This document shows positions 22,594 through 34,002 of a stretch of 64,000 nt of DNA, one piece after another. Under the pieces are notes generated by a model that was not told the origin of the DNA, did no database searches, and saw nothing but the letters and a program-made list of their open reading frames with translations. Position numbers and translations under genes: made by a program. Numbering within the stretch: position 1 is the stretch's first letter; every line of letters starts with the position of its first letter. Source of the stretch: Antedon mediterranea (taxonomy: Eukaryota; Animalia; Echinodermata); contig NC_092673.1 of the NCBI RefSeq assembly GCF_964355755.1, positions 4,216,001 through 4,280,000 on the forward strand. Reading direction: 5' to 3'.

Positions 22594-23946
22594 ATGGCAT
22601 CGAAAATAGATGAAATATCTGGCCCACATAGTCACTGTGATCAATGCTACAACTACAATTGTGAAGTAGATCCACAGTCTGGCAAATCATGCTCAATGCT
22701 AAGTTGTGACCTAGACTGCGGTGCTAAATTCCACAAGTGCAAGCTTTCGGAACATAAAATCCTGTGTCCCTACGAAAGGGTAGCATGCTTAAGTGCCCTT
22801 TGTGGTTGTCCAATGTCAGTGGTTCGGTGCTTGCAAGTGAGACATATGCAATCATGTCCTGCATTTGTCATACAATGTGGTCAGGTAATGTATTAATTTA
22901 TTTTTTTTTTAAAAACAACTTTCCCGTTTTAATCGTAATTTTCATTGTCATCATCAACATCATCATTTATATTATACTCATTGATTGATGAATCAAAAAC
23001 CAAGATTATCTTTATAATTTAAAATATTAATTATTATTTAATATAAAAATATTTATTTAATAGAAATACAGAGTTGAAGATTGGGATGCCCATTTCACTA
23101 GCAAAAAAGGTGATCCTTTACACGATAAAGTGTGTATGCCAATACTGAATAGATGGAGAATAGAACGAGATAGAAAGAAAGATCACATTGACAAGGTCTT
23201 TGACGATATACAAGAACTTCAACAAAGAAAAAAAGATGAGAAAGCTAACAAGGAGAAGAAAGAATCGCAAGAAAAAAGTGATGCAGTGGATGAGGCAGAT
23301 AAATCCAAAACACCGTTATCTGCAGGTGATAGCGCCCTTTATCCAGAACCACCCATAACACCGATCTCTCCAGAGCCACCTCTAACACCGCTGTCGCCTT
23401 CAGATTCGGATATTATCAGCAGAATGCCGATGGAGATCATGGAACACCTCGGCCAGTTTCTTGATGGTGAGGGTATGTATAACTTAGCAAAGACCTCCAG
23501 CTACATGTTCAATGTATGTACAACGTTACTCGATGAAAAGAAGGGAATGGTTAATTTGAAGTGGCACAAGAAAGATGTGGGTACTTGGAAGATTAAAGAA
23601 CCAGTAAGTTGATACATTTTCAGGCCCATCAACCATGTGAGAATTGTTTGACAGGAGATTTGAAAACTGTTAAATAATATAAACGTTTGCATTGATCAAT
23701 AATAACAGCACTTATTTTCTAATATGATGAAGCAGCTTCACTGCTGTAAAAAATAAGTGAGGTAATTATCAATGCTGTTTTAAACCCTAATTTAAAATCC
23801 TGAATCCTTCACTGATTTTGGGTACTGAAGTGTGCATGTATCTCTGGATGGCTGTTTTAAATTTAAACATTTTTTATTCTCTACTTATATATAAATATTC
23901 TAAATTATTTTTTTAGATGTGGGAATTTGCTTCGAAAGAAGAATAA
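22594..23946 (+). CDS. FBXO30: FBXO30/FBXO40-like F-box protein (TRAF-type zinc finger + F-box), compact, about 286 aa
   Basis: Exons 22594-22884, 23064-23603 and 23917-23946 are in frame. The N-terminal HSHCDQC..CGAKFHKCKLSEHKILCPYERVAC..GCP..HMQSCPA and C-terminal ISRMPMEIMEHLGQFLDG..KGMVNLKW..WKIKEPMWEF match the FBXO30/40 family; paralogue not resolvable. Confidence 0.8.
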
Positions 23947-24004
23947 CCAATTTGATGTGCAGACATGAGGACAGATTATTGTAATGTACTTAAAAGCATT
24001 ACTA

Positions 24005-24144
24005 AGCTCTGTCTACACTATCAAACAATGTGACAAAAAAATGTGATGTGCCCATATATGGACATGATGATGTCATATCACAACCATATTTGGGCACATC
24101 ACACTTTTTTTGTCAAATTAGTTTGATAGTGTAGACACAGTGCT
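24005..24144. mobile_element. MITE family A copy
   Basis: TIRs and shared internal sequence; in the probable 3'UTR of the F-box gene. Confidence 0.85.
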
Positions 24145-24155
24145 TAAGACATTAA

Positions 24156-24749
24156 AGCTCAGGTACAGGCATGAATTTTAAATATAATAATTGGTTAATT
24201 GTACATAAATCAAATATTTGTAACAGAAATCAAGACGAAAAAACATCAATTTCCCGTAATATGGACAAATACAAAATTTGGCAAAATTCTTCCATAAAAA
24301 CCAGTATAATTTTTTTTCAGTAGTTAGGTAGTTAACCTAATGTAATAACATGTCTGGTGACTCCCTAGATGGTGAAAAAAGATGGTGGATATACAGTGGA
24401 TAATTTTTGCTATAGCATGAAAATAAAAATCTGAAGTTGAATAAAAATATCAGAAATGTAATATTTAAGTTATATTACCTATATTTAGTTATCTGATAAC
24501 ATTTTTTACCACACCGTTTATTTTTCATTGCTTTTTAAAACGCCTCTCTATTTACAAAATTTGTGTACAAAAGAATAGAGATTTTACTGTGTAATTTGAA
24601 CTATCCCCCCACTGATTAGAAAGTGCTTATTTTCAACAAGCTCGTGTAACACAAATAAAATCCCAAAAAATATGAAACATAGGGGAAACTATAGATCGAT
24701 AATTATTGGAATGTATGATCAATAGAAATTTTTTGCCCGTACCTGGCCT
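24156..24749. mobile_element. Non-autonomous TTAA-targeting DNA transposon (Kolobok-like)
   Basis: TTAA|AGCTCAGGTACAGGCATGAATTT ... AAATTTTTTGCCCGTACCTGGCCT|TTAA: imperfect TIRs of about 23 bp, AG..CT termini, TTAA TSD. Confidence 0.65.
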
Positions 24750-25523
24750 TTAACATACAGTTTTATAAAGATATGAACAGAGCAAAAATATATATTTATG
24801 TACGAAATTTTATAGAATTTGTTGGCGAGAATATTTTAATACGTTTTATATTAAGTTTGGTAAAATGGAAAAGTCAATTTTAGAGTGTGGCTTTAGTATT
24901 CACTGTGAAATAGTCTTGCCATTTTCATATTAAACTCCAATTAATAATTTTATATTCTTTAAATATTATTAAAAGCATAGTTGTGTTGGCAAGTTGTGTT
25001 TTAAAAAACGGGTTTTAATAATAATATTAATGACGTATATATAACTATATAAATTGTATATTATTTATTTATGTTTTTAAAATATTAGTATATAACTAAT
25101 AGAAGATAATGCTTAGAAGGTTAGAGATATTTATGTTAGCAATATCAATATCAATCAATCAATATCAATCAATCAATATCAATGATTGATGGTATTAGAA
25201 TAATAAGGATGTGTCTACTTGAATGCAAGGGTCAAAGAATTTAGAAGCAATTGTGATTTTTTAGAATGTTTCTGGGGCTAAAAAGAGGTGATGAGGCCCG
25301 AGTGTCTGTCTCTCCCTCCTATATTATAATTACCAAAGTAATTATACATTTTTTTTTTAAATACCTGGAGGTGCCTTGTGTTTTATAATATAAATATAAA
25401 AGTTAGGAAACACACAGAGTAAGTTGTTTAGAATACTATATTTTGTAATGTAGAATTTATTACAATATGAATAATAATAAATAGGTAGAAACTAATATGC
25501 ATTCTGTTTGGTTTTAATAATAG

Positions 25524-25760
25524 CACAGTACAGTATTTGTAATACAATTTTAAATGACATTATCTACATCTATATAGAAAAAATTGGTTTAACTATGGAG
25601 AAAATAATAGTTTAACCAGTGAATCACAAATGTTGTACATTATTTAGTTAAAATCACAGTATTTATGATACAATTTTAAATGATATTATCTACATCTATA
25701 CAATTAATAAAGAATTGGTTTAACCATAGAGAAATAAGTTTAACTATGGAGAAAATAAAT
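25524..25760. repeat. About 130-bp tandem duplication
   Basis: CAGTATTT..ATACAATTTTAAATGA.ATTATCTACATCTATA..AATTGGTTTAAC occurs twice. Confidence 0.7.
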
Positions 25761-25850
25761 GTCCTTTGCACGGTTTAACATTGAATTACAAATATTTTTA
25801 CATATGTATATTTATTTAAAAGAATAAATGTACTGTATTTGGATAACTTA

Positions 25851-26020
25851 AGGCCAATTTACAGTAATACAAAATATAGAATCTATGTTATTCCTAATCT
25901 TATGACCATTTAGGTACACACAATGAGGATCGGACGGTCGGTTTCCGCTCGGGATAGATACAGAGTTATATACGTGACAAGCTTTCCGCTTACCGTTACC
26001 GCTCGTCTGTGTAAATTGTT
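25851..26020 (+). mobile_element. MITE family C copy
   Basis: AGGCCAATTTACA...TGTGTAAATTG ends; matches 17386-17520. Confidence 0.65.
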
Positions 26021-26366
26021 TATCAATGTAATATAAGCAATTCCGTTTCCGTATAGCATCTCATACGATCTAATATGAAAAAGGATTTATACTTAGTACA
26101 TCAGGACCGTCATAGATAGAAAAACATTCACGTATAAGATCTAACTTCTACTAATACAGTTCTTATTTTTATAAAATAACAATTTCAACAATATTTGGCA
26201 ATATCGGCTAATAAAATGCTTGACAGTTCTTTTTATAACAAACCTTTTTGCATTCTAAGTATCTTGATCATAATTTTCATAATTTAGTTCCACAAATATG
26301 AGTCATTCTGTTCAAATAATTTCATTTTATTTGTTCAATTCATTGCTTGACTGTTTGACCACGGAC

Positions 26367-27575
26367 CTATACATATATAGGTCCGTGGTTTGACTGAGCA
26401 GCATTCGTGCCATTTCCTTTACTTTTCGATGAGTTAACACCACTACTTTCTTTAACATTTGACGTCACTGCCTTCGGAGCTTCTTTTGTGCGAAACATCG
26501 ACTTCAATTCCGATCTAAATTTTGCGTTTAGCCAACAGTAAAGAAAAGGGTTAACGGTAATACCAATCATGGCAAAATAATACAAAATCAAGTACATCGC
26601 ATTGTCGTGAAGTGACTCGTAAAAAAGCACCAGAATTACGTAGACATTTAGCGGGAACCATGTTACACCAAATACAACCACCACCAAGATGAGCATGGTT
26701 GTGGTTCTGCGATGGCATTTGTCTTTTATAGTCTGCTGTGATGCCGTCAAGTGTTCAATTGTCATTCTACCGCGTAAAGCTAAAGCGATCAGACGATTCA
26801 TGGTGATTATGATAATCAAAGGGATTACATATCGCAAGATTATCGAAGACAAGACGAAAATTCTTCTGTAAAGGTCGCTTGGATCTGGATAAGATGCGAT
26901 GCATTTGTAGCCGGATTGTAATAGAGTTTCCCATTGGTGTAACCTTCTGAAAACTGCGTTTGGAAGTGATAGAATGAGCGAAAACCACCAGATAATGCAA
27001 CTGATCACAAATGCAGAGTTGACATCCATCCTTGGGCGAAGAGGATGTACAATAACCTGATGTCGATCCACAGCGATAGCGGTTAATGTCAAGCTGGACA
27101 CAAATGTAGAAACTTGAATAATATAATCTGTTATGTAACACATGAATCGACCGTACGGCCAAGCGTCCGATAGATTGCGCGTCAGCACCAGAGGGATGTT
27201 AAACAACGTCATGATGATATCAGAAAATGCTTGGTTCGCTAGGAAGAAGTTGGTGACGTTGCGGATTTTACTACTTCTGGTCATCACGACGCACACCAGA
27301 GTGTTGCCGACTAAAGAGATGACTACGAGTATAATATAAGCGACGTTGATGACAACTCTGACGTCATTTCTGTACGCCAGTATTAGAGTTTCCTGATTAA
27401 TTTCGTCCTTATAATTTGCCAAGAGGTCGTCGAATTCTGCATCTACTAGGTGGCCATCAAAGCTGGCGGAAGAAATTTCTTCGGTGGTATTTTTGTCAGA
27501 ATGAATGTCGTCTCCATCGATCTGGTTGATGTTAGAGTCGAGACCGAAGAAACTGTTCCAGAAAATTGACATCAT
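26367..27575 (-). CDS. GPR83: Intronless rhodopsin-class neuropeptide GPCR, GPR83-like
   Basis: 402-aa ORF with 7 TM segments: GN (TM1), NQAFSD (TM2), IAVDRHQVIVHPLRPR (DRH variant typical of GPR83), WFP (TM6), NPFLYCWLN (TM7). Confidence 0.85.
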   Translation of the reverse strand: MMSIFWNSFFGLDSNINQIDGDDIHSDKNTTEEISSASFDGHLVDAEFDDLLANYKDEINQETLILAYRNDVRVVINVAYIILVVISLVGNTLVCVVMTRSSKIRNVTNFFLANQAFSDIIMTLFNIPLVLTRNLSDAWPYGRFMCYITDYIIQVSTFVSSLTLTAIAVDRHQVIVHPLRPRMDVNSAFVISCIIWWFSLILSLPNAVFRRLHQWETLLQSGYKCIASYPDPSDLYRRIFVLSSIILRYVIPLIIIITMNRLIALALRGRMTIEHLTASQQTIKDKCHRRTTTMLILVVVVFGVTWFPLNVYVILVLFYESLHDNAMYLILYYFAMIGITVNPFLYCWLNAKFRSELKSMFRTKEAPKAVTSNVKESSGVNSSKSKGNGTNAAQSNHGPIYV

Positions 27576-28746
27576 CGTTGGATTTGGTGGCTATTTATTC
27601 AAGAAAAGACACAATTTGTATTTACTACAATTTCATGGTGCAAACAATGAGCACAACAGAAATACTCGATATTCCTAGTCAAACTCGCGTGTACCTCCTG
27701 TATCAGTCGTAACAAAATTTCCGTTCCTTACAAGAACAGGTAGGCCTGAAAACTAAACTAAGATCTAAGCTTGTCCTGCTGAACGTCTGACGTTTATATG
27801 CCTTGTATAATATATTTACTGTAGGCTATATACTGACGTATCAATCAATAAAATATAATAACAAATATTAATAAACTTACGTTAAAGGAAATATTAAACA
27901 CAATTTCTCAACCAATTTTCCGTGTTTAGTCTCTCAGTCAGTCAGTAGTGCATCCGCATCAGTTGCGAGTGACAAGACAAATGAATTTGACAAGTTGTTT
28001 GGAAGAAAACAATTACGTCAAACAAGGAATTCGTTACTTTAGAAAACATTCTTTGACTTAATTGATAGGTGTTGAGAAACAAATCTAACCTATCACTGTC
28101 GCTATATAACTAGACAGCTAAATTAATTGTCAAACAGCAGTGTTATGTTTTATTTCTTTCATACTGCACATAGTAGTGGGTGGCAAGAAAGGGTCCCCCC
28201 CCCCCCACCCCAATATGAGTTGGTCTGTAACTTATACATAAGCATAACATTACCCTGTTTCGTTTCACGGAAACGTGTCCCCTTAATAGAGGTGTCTGCC
28301 GGATAAAGGAAAGGAGGGATTTTTACTGTAATTTAGAAACGAATTTTTATACGTTTTCTGGTAGGGCCTATAATAATGCATTGTTTATTGATATATAAAT
28401 AACTCGTGTAGATGATTGAACTAAATTATGTGTATATGTGATGTTGACGATCTTATTAACAAGAATATAACAATTCAATCTCTGATTATTTGCAAGACTT
28501 TCGTCAAGGATCAAGACAAGTTTTATGTGGTCGCAATAATTATGACAATCGTTTTGGGCTTATTCTTATCATACGGCCTAGATTCAATGCATGTGTTTCA
28601 GTCATTCAAAGGTCTAGTATACTATTCGCTAACATACGCTAACAATACATAAGATGATAAATCGTTATAGTTAATATACCTCTTTTCCAGTTCAGCTATT
28701 GGGGTTGCTTTGCTTGTTTTCCATGTCTAGTAACACTGTAGTAGGT

Positions 28747-29063
28747 ATTATATAACACCTATATAAATTCCTGTCATTTGATTGGACGAATGTGGGTCAC
28801 ATGGCGTGCAATAGTACGCACTATTCAACGATCGTTAAATAGTACTTTTTGAAACATTTTTGTGTACTAAAAAAAAACGTCTAGATGTTATATAAAACAA
28901 ATAATGAATGTTTTGTATTCGTGTAATGGTACAAATAATGGCACTTGGTGAATGATGAAAGGTTATATCAACTCGGCTTTGCCTCGTTGATATAACCTTT
29001 CATCATTCACCTCGTGCCATTATTTGTACCATTGCACTCATAAACATTCATTATTTGTATACT
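28747..29063 (+). mobile_element. About 317-bp non-autonomous element with long terminal hairpin (Crypton-like; class inferred), copy 1
   Basis: No TIR at the outer ends; hairpin of about 160 nt at 28897-29058 centred on AACTCGGCTTTGCCTCGTT; near-identical inverted copy at 37509-37825. Confidence 0.75.
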
Positions 29064-29928
29064 AGTTGGTAGAGTCCAGGTGGCCCCAAATTCCCCAATC
29101 TTTTGAAATTCAGGCTACGCTTCAGAGATTCATCCGCCTTAGTGATGGACTAATTTATATTATTTTAATCGCAGTTTCTATGCATTACATTCATAAATAC
29201 AACAAAACACGATTTATAACGCTTTTTTTTCACTTACTTACCATTTCCTTCCCTGGTAGTAAAATCACCTACATCTTTACTGCAGACCGCAGTGAATTAA
29301 ATACATATTTACCTATTCTAATATTTAATCTCATTTTGCGAGAGCAGGTAGGGCCATACACAATAAAATAAGTGAAACAACAGTTACAAATTCATTATAT
29401 AATTTTAGTGAAACATAGGGACAGCAGACGGTCGAACAGATTGACTACCATTTACTAAATAGGTGAACTTTATGATGATTTGATATAGATTAGGTGGAGG
29501 GTTTCAACTTTATAATGGGTTAATAGATGCTCCATTAAATAAAATTAATCGTGATTATTTCAACACTTATTGATACGATTCATCATACTTAAAATAACAG
29601 AAAAAATCACAGCCAACCACTTCTTCTAAAATAACATTATCGTAGAATATAAACATAGAGAAGAGGTTGAGCCAAAAGTGTAAGCTAAACAACCCCGACG
29701 ACGATGAATAATCTTTCGTGGTAACTAACATTTATGCCACTTTTATTTTGTTATTATAGGCCTAAGCCTATGTATATATTTTTTTACTATATTTAATGAG
29801 GGTGATCTATCCAGCAATTGCTGATCATTAGGGACCCTCAGGGGTTCACAAGACAAACATTATACACAAGATGCTTACATAATCAAAGTTTTTGGAAGTG
29901 GAGTTGTAATTTTGTCTTTAGAAAAAAT

Positions 29929-30005
29929 CCTGACATGTGACGGGACTTGAACCCAGGACCCTTAGAATGGCAGCCAAGCATCATAACCACCAAGCCAAAA
30001 CTCCA
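29929..30005 (-). mobile_element. tRNA-derived SINE head
   Basis: Minus strand TGGCTTGGTGGTTATGATGCTTGGC...GGTCCTGGGTTCAAGTCCC; same family as 10899-10970. Confidence 0.55.
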
Positions 30006-30073
30006 CTCCGGACAACTCCACATTGCAGAAACAGCGGAGAAATTGCTTCAAAATCCGAGCTGATATTTCTTAA

Positions 30074-30170
30074 AGCCTGTTCACACCTACGCACCCTAAA
30101 ACGTAAACGATACCCGGACTCCTGTGTTTTGCCATTCATTCATATAACGAACGCCGCAGGTGTGAACACC
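30074..30170. mobile_element. Short Harbinger-like MITE remnant
   Basis: Inverted ends TGTTCACACCT...AGGTGTGAACA preceded by TAA. Confidence 0.5.
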
Positions 30171-30901
30171 TAGTCATTACCATACTGCTTGCCAGTCTTA
30201 CGCCGTAAACGTACCCTCGCATACCTTCCCCAACTAAACATATGCATGTCTCCACGATATTCCCAATGTATTTATCATTAAATTAAATAAAAGAAGTTTT
30301 ATAATAAAATTGGGCTATGGTGCACTTAACTTGTAGAGGCTTAGGTATTACTGTACATTTAAAGGTTTTTCGAAAAGTGTATCTGTATAAAAAAAGGTAT
30401 GTATCAACTTAAATCTGCGAAGTTGAAAATACGAAATTGGTAAATACTAAATTTGAACGATTTATAAACAATATAAACAAACAAAGGTAACCATACGACC
30501 CGAAGGGTGAATACCTGATCAACCTTTTCGAGGTAATCAATAGTGCGCGTGCGTTAAATGACAGTAGAGATTGATTAAGTTTATCTAATGAACTCAGACA
30601 AAGTAAACGGAATCTCAAACAATATAAACATAGTTTATTTTGGAAGTTGTGATTGCATTGTTTGTCAGGCTAAAGAAGAAAAATCAAATAACACTTTACG
30701 TTAATATTCTTGTCATCACTTTCCAACGCGTGACTCATTACTACATTGTGGAGTTGCTACAGTGAAACGCAATAAGGAATTAAGGTGTATACTAATTAAT
30801 TAGTGTTGTCTGGATATACCATCTTCTATTCAGTTTTTATTGGGAAAAACAATTATGTTAGGTCTACCTGCAAAACCCAATCTCCATTCCAATTGCATTC
30901 A

Positions 30902-31072
30902 ATCTACACTACCAAACTTTATGTGACAAAAAAATGCGATGTGGCCATGGACACGATGATGTCATATCACTACCATATTTGGGAATATCACTACCATACC
31001 ATATTTTGACACATCACACTTTTTTCTGGAGGGAATATATTTTCCTCTATGGTTTGGTAGTGTAAACAGAGC
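30902..31072. mobile_element. MITE family A copy (degenerate, with small palindromic insert)
   Basis: TCTACACTACCAAACTTTATGTGAC...GTTTGGTAGTGTAAACAGAGC. Confidence 0.7.
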
Positions 31073-31566
31073 ATTCCATATATCTTTTTTTTTAATTACA
31101 TGTTTGTAATCCACGTCCGAATTATTTGACAGCATCTCATTTAGGTGTAAACGGAGAATTAATGTTTCATCTTGATCGTCTCATTTTTTTCGCGCTCGCC
31201 ATAGATAAATAATTTTTTTTTCTACCGTGTATCGGTAAAGTTATTGTCGTAGTATAAACAGGCCTTTAGAGAGAATTTGTTCGTTATTAGATAGTTTGTT
31301 CTTTGCTAATATACCATATACCATCCGTAATCAATTGTAATGGTAGATTTTTCCCAAGCAGAGAGGTATTACCTCCCTGTCCCAAGTCTGTATTTATTGT
31401 CTTTTTTTAGTCCACCAGTCAACGTTTTATACGCAAGTATTTATATGTATGAAACGCCATGTGTCGAAATATTTATCCTTTTACTAATATTAAGTCAAAC
31501 TCTGTGTGGAACCCAGACTAGGTAAGTGGGGGTAGTGGGGTTTTGGAGGAACGCTATCTTTCCTTA

Positions 31567-31710
31567 AGCTTGGTTCCCACCAGGAAGCAACGCAAGAACG
31601 TAAGCGCAGCGCAAGCAGCGAGTTTTGTCCAATCACAACGCGATGGATCATCGAACTGTCGCTTGCCATTGGTCATCTTGCTTGCGTTGTGTCTAAGTGG
31701 GAACCAAGCT
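31567..31710. mobile_element. MITE family B (Harbinger-like, TIR AGCTTGGTTCCCAC)
   Basis: TTA|AGCTTGGTTCCCAC...GTGGGAACCAAGCT|TTA; related copy at 57566-57722. Confidence 0.8.
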
Positions 31711-32315
31711 TTATAGTACAAAATATAATACGATAGATTACGGATTTTACTGATAATGACAATGTACATTGGTATACTTTATTCCACATCTTAACTATTT
31801 AGAAAGCAATATTAATACAGTAATTGTGATCTAATGCAATCAAATTCAGCTTTACAGTTCATTTTAGCCACCAAAATGTGACTCATCTTACTATCAAGTT
31901 ACATTACGATTGGGTCGCAATGTATACATAACATGTTCAATGTACAAAATAACAAGAACATGCTAAAATAGATATGTTATTTTTATAAATACTAATTTCA
32001 ACCACGCTTGTTGTATATAAGTGTTATTGTTCAAGGTTCAAATACATAAAAATGTTAATATACACCTATATATTTTATAATACAAAACAATTCACAACAA
32101 TTTATTTATATCAAAATAAAAATCAATCTTATATGTAAGTATGTGAACATTGCTTGTCTTGATTTGAATGGATACATTAAAAAAAAAAACGTTTATTACA
32201 AAAATACAATGACTTTTAATATTTCAGGTTTTAAGTCGATCCTCTATTTAACCATTGGTTACGGCGTAGGCCTACTTGGGCCCAATTTGTGGTTAAATAT
32301 CCAAACCATTGTGTA

Positions 32316-32663
32316 CAGTAGAACATATCCGTTAGGACACCTTTTTAAGTTGACACTTTCTATAAACAAACAATAGCTGTTTTAACACTACGACCAACTC
32401 ATATATTCCTGAGGGAATTTTGTCGGGTCCCTTAATACAGGTTCTACCTAGGCAATCTAACAACAGGACACTGAGCTTGCCTTGCCAAGGTAGGATTTCG
32501 TAACAATCCTTTGATCTTATGTCTGGCTGCGACAAATACCTTCAGTACCTGTACTACATTTTCCGTGGCGCGCGGTGTCTGTTAAGGGGCGTGGAACTGA
32601 TCGTATCGCAACCATACATAAACCCTTTGATCTCCAGTTGTTCAGATTGCCCTGGTTCTACTG
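32316..32663. mobile_element. Degenerate Tigger-like MITE
   Basis: TA|CAGTAGAAC...GTTCTACTG|TA ends; internal GGACAC/GTCCCTTAATA motifs shared with fragments near 10800, 28270, 40740 and 57550. Confidence 0.6.
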
Positions 32664-33236
32664 TATTGAGATTTTTAAACCACTTTATGTTTCAGTTTTT
32701 CTACAAATAGAACCAAGTTATCAAGTATTTTTAAATTTATACTAGGTCACACACATGGAAACTAACAAACAAGGACCATAGATTTCTGCTCTAAAATGTT
32801 AAAATAAATTCTGTATTTATCAAGTGCAAATTAAAAATACATAGGTTATCAAAATGTTTACACTAACCATCGTCTGAAATTTGTGCCCATTAGAGAATAA
32901 AAGGTAAAACTGTGTGTGAAGAAGTTTGGCTGGCATGTGTTAGTTTCAAATTTGTATCTTTTCAATTCCAATGAGAGGTCGTATTGAAAAAACTTTAAAA
33001 AGGTATCAGTTTATATTTCAATCACCAAGTTATAATATTATATATACAACAAATAAATATATTAATAAAAGTATATTGGTCAAGCTATGGAAATCCCTTG
33101 TTGTTTAAATGATTATTACCCCAATCCCCACCCCACCCCCAATCATTTTAAAATTTGTATAATCAGATGTCATCTGTTTTAAAAATTTGATTTCTTTGGT
33201 TTATATAAACATTCATTGAAATACAGATATCCAATA

Positions 33237-33237
<1 letters not shown>

Positions 33238-33270
<33 letters not shown>
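33238..33270. repeat. (TTA)n microsatellite
   Basis: About 11 TTA units. Confidence 0.9.
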
Positions 33271-33273
<3 letters not shown>

Positions 33274-34002
33274 AATACAAATATTATATTAAATCATTTT
33301 TTTTATTTAACTAACACAGTTTTAGAAAATAATTAAAGCATGTTTATATAAAATGACAACCGAAGGGCAGAAAACCAATATAAAATAATTCCCCCAAAAA
33401 ACTTTGTTATTTACAACTTGTTATTTTACAAAGATATTCAGTTTAAAATATAACCATTATATCTTATAATGTATCTTTAAACATTACAATACAGTATATA
33501 TATTTGTTTCTAAAAAATATGTTTTAAAACATACAAGGGTATTGTGTGTATCACTACAACAACAAAATAACAACCCACTGGTGCAGGGCTATTGGATATA
33601 AGTGGTATACACCCATATTTGTTCGTCCTTTTAAATAAATTTTGTGTACAATAAATGTCATTGTAGTGCCAATGTTTTTTATCCAACCCTCGTATCTTTA
33701 TATGGGATAACATAAATGACCTCATAACATATTATCAAACCTATAAACATATACTGTATATTACAATCAGGTGTACATCTCTAATCTTTATATAATTTAC
33801 ACTAGGCCTTGTGTTACACTTCTGTATGTATCAGAAGTGTACCACTCACCAAACCTATACATGTACATTATTATGTAGCATGGGTGTTATAAAAAATGTT
33901 ATCAATAATTAATATTTAAACTGATAAAATATGTACAAAAACTATGATCAGTCAATGTTTATAAACATGTTTTTTATACTTCTTTGCGTCTTCATAATTC
34001 TT

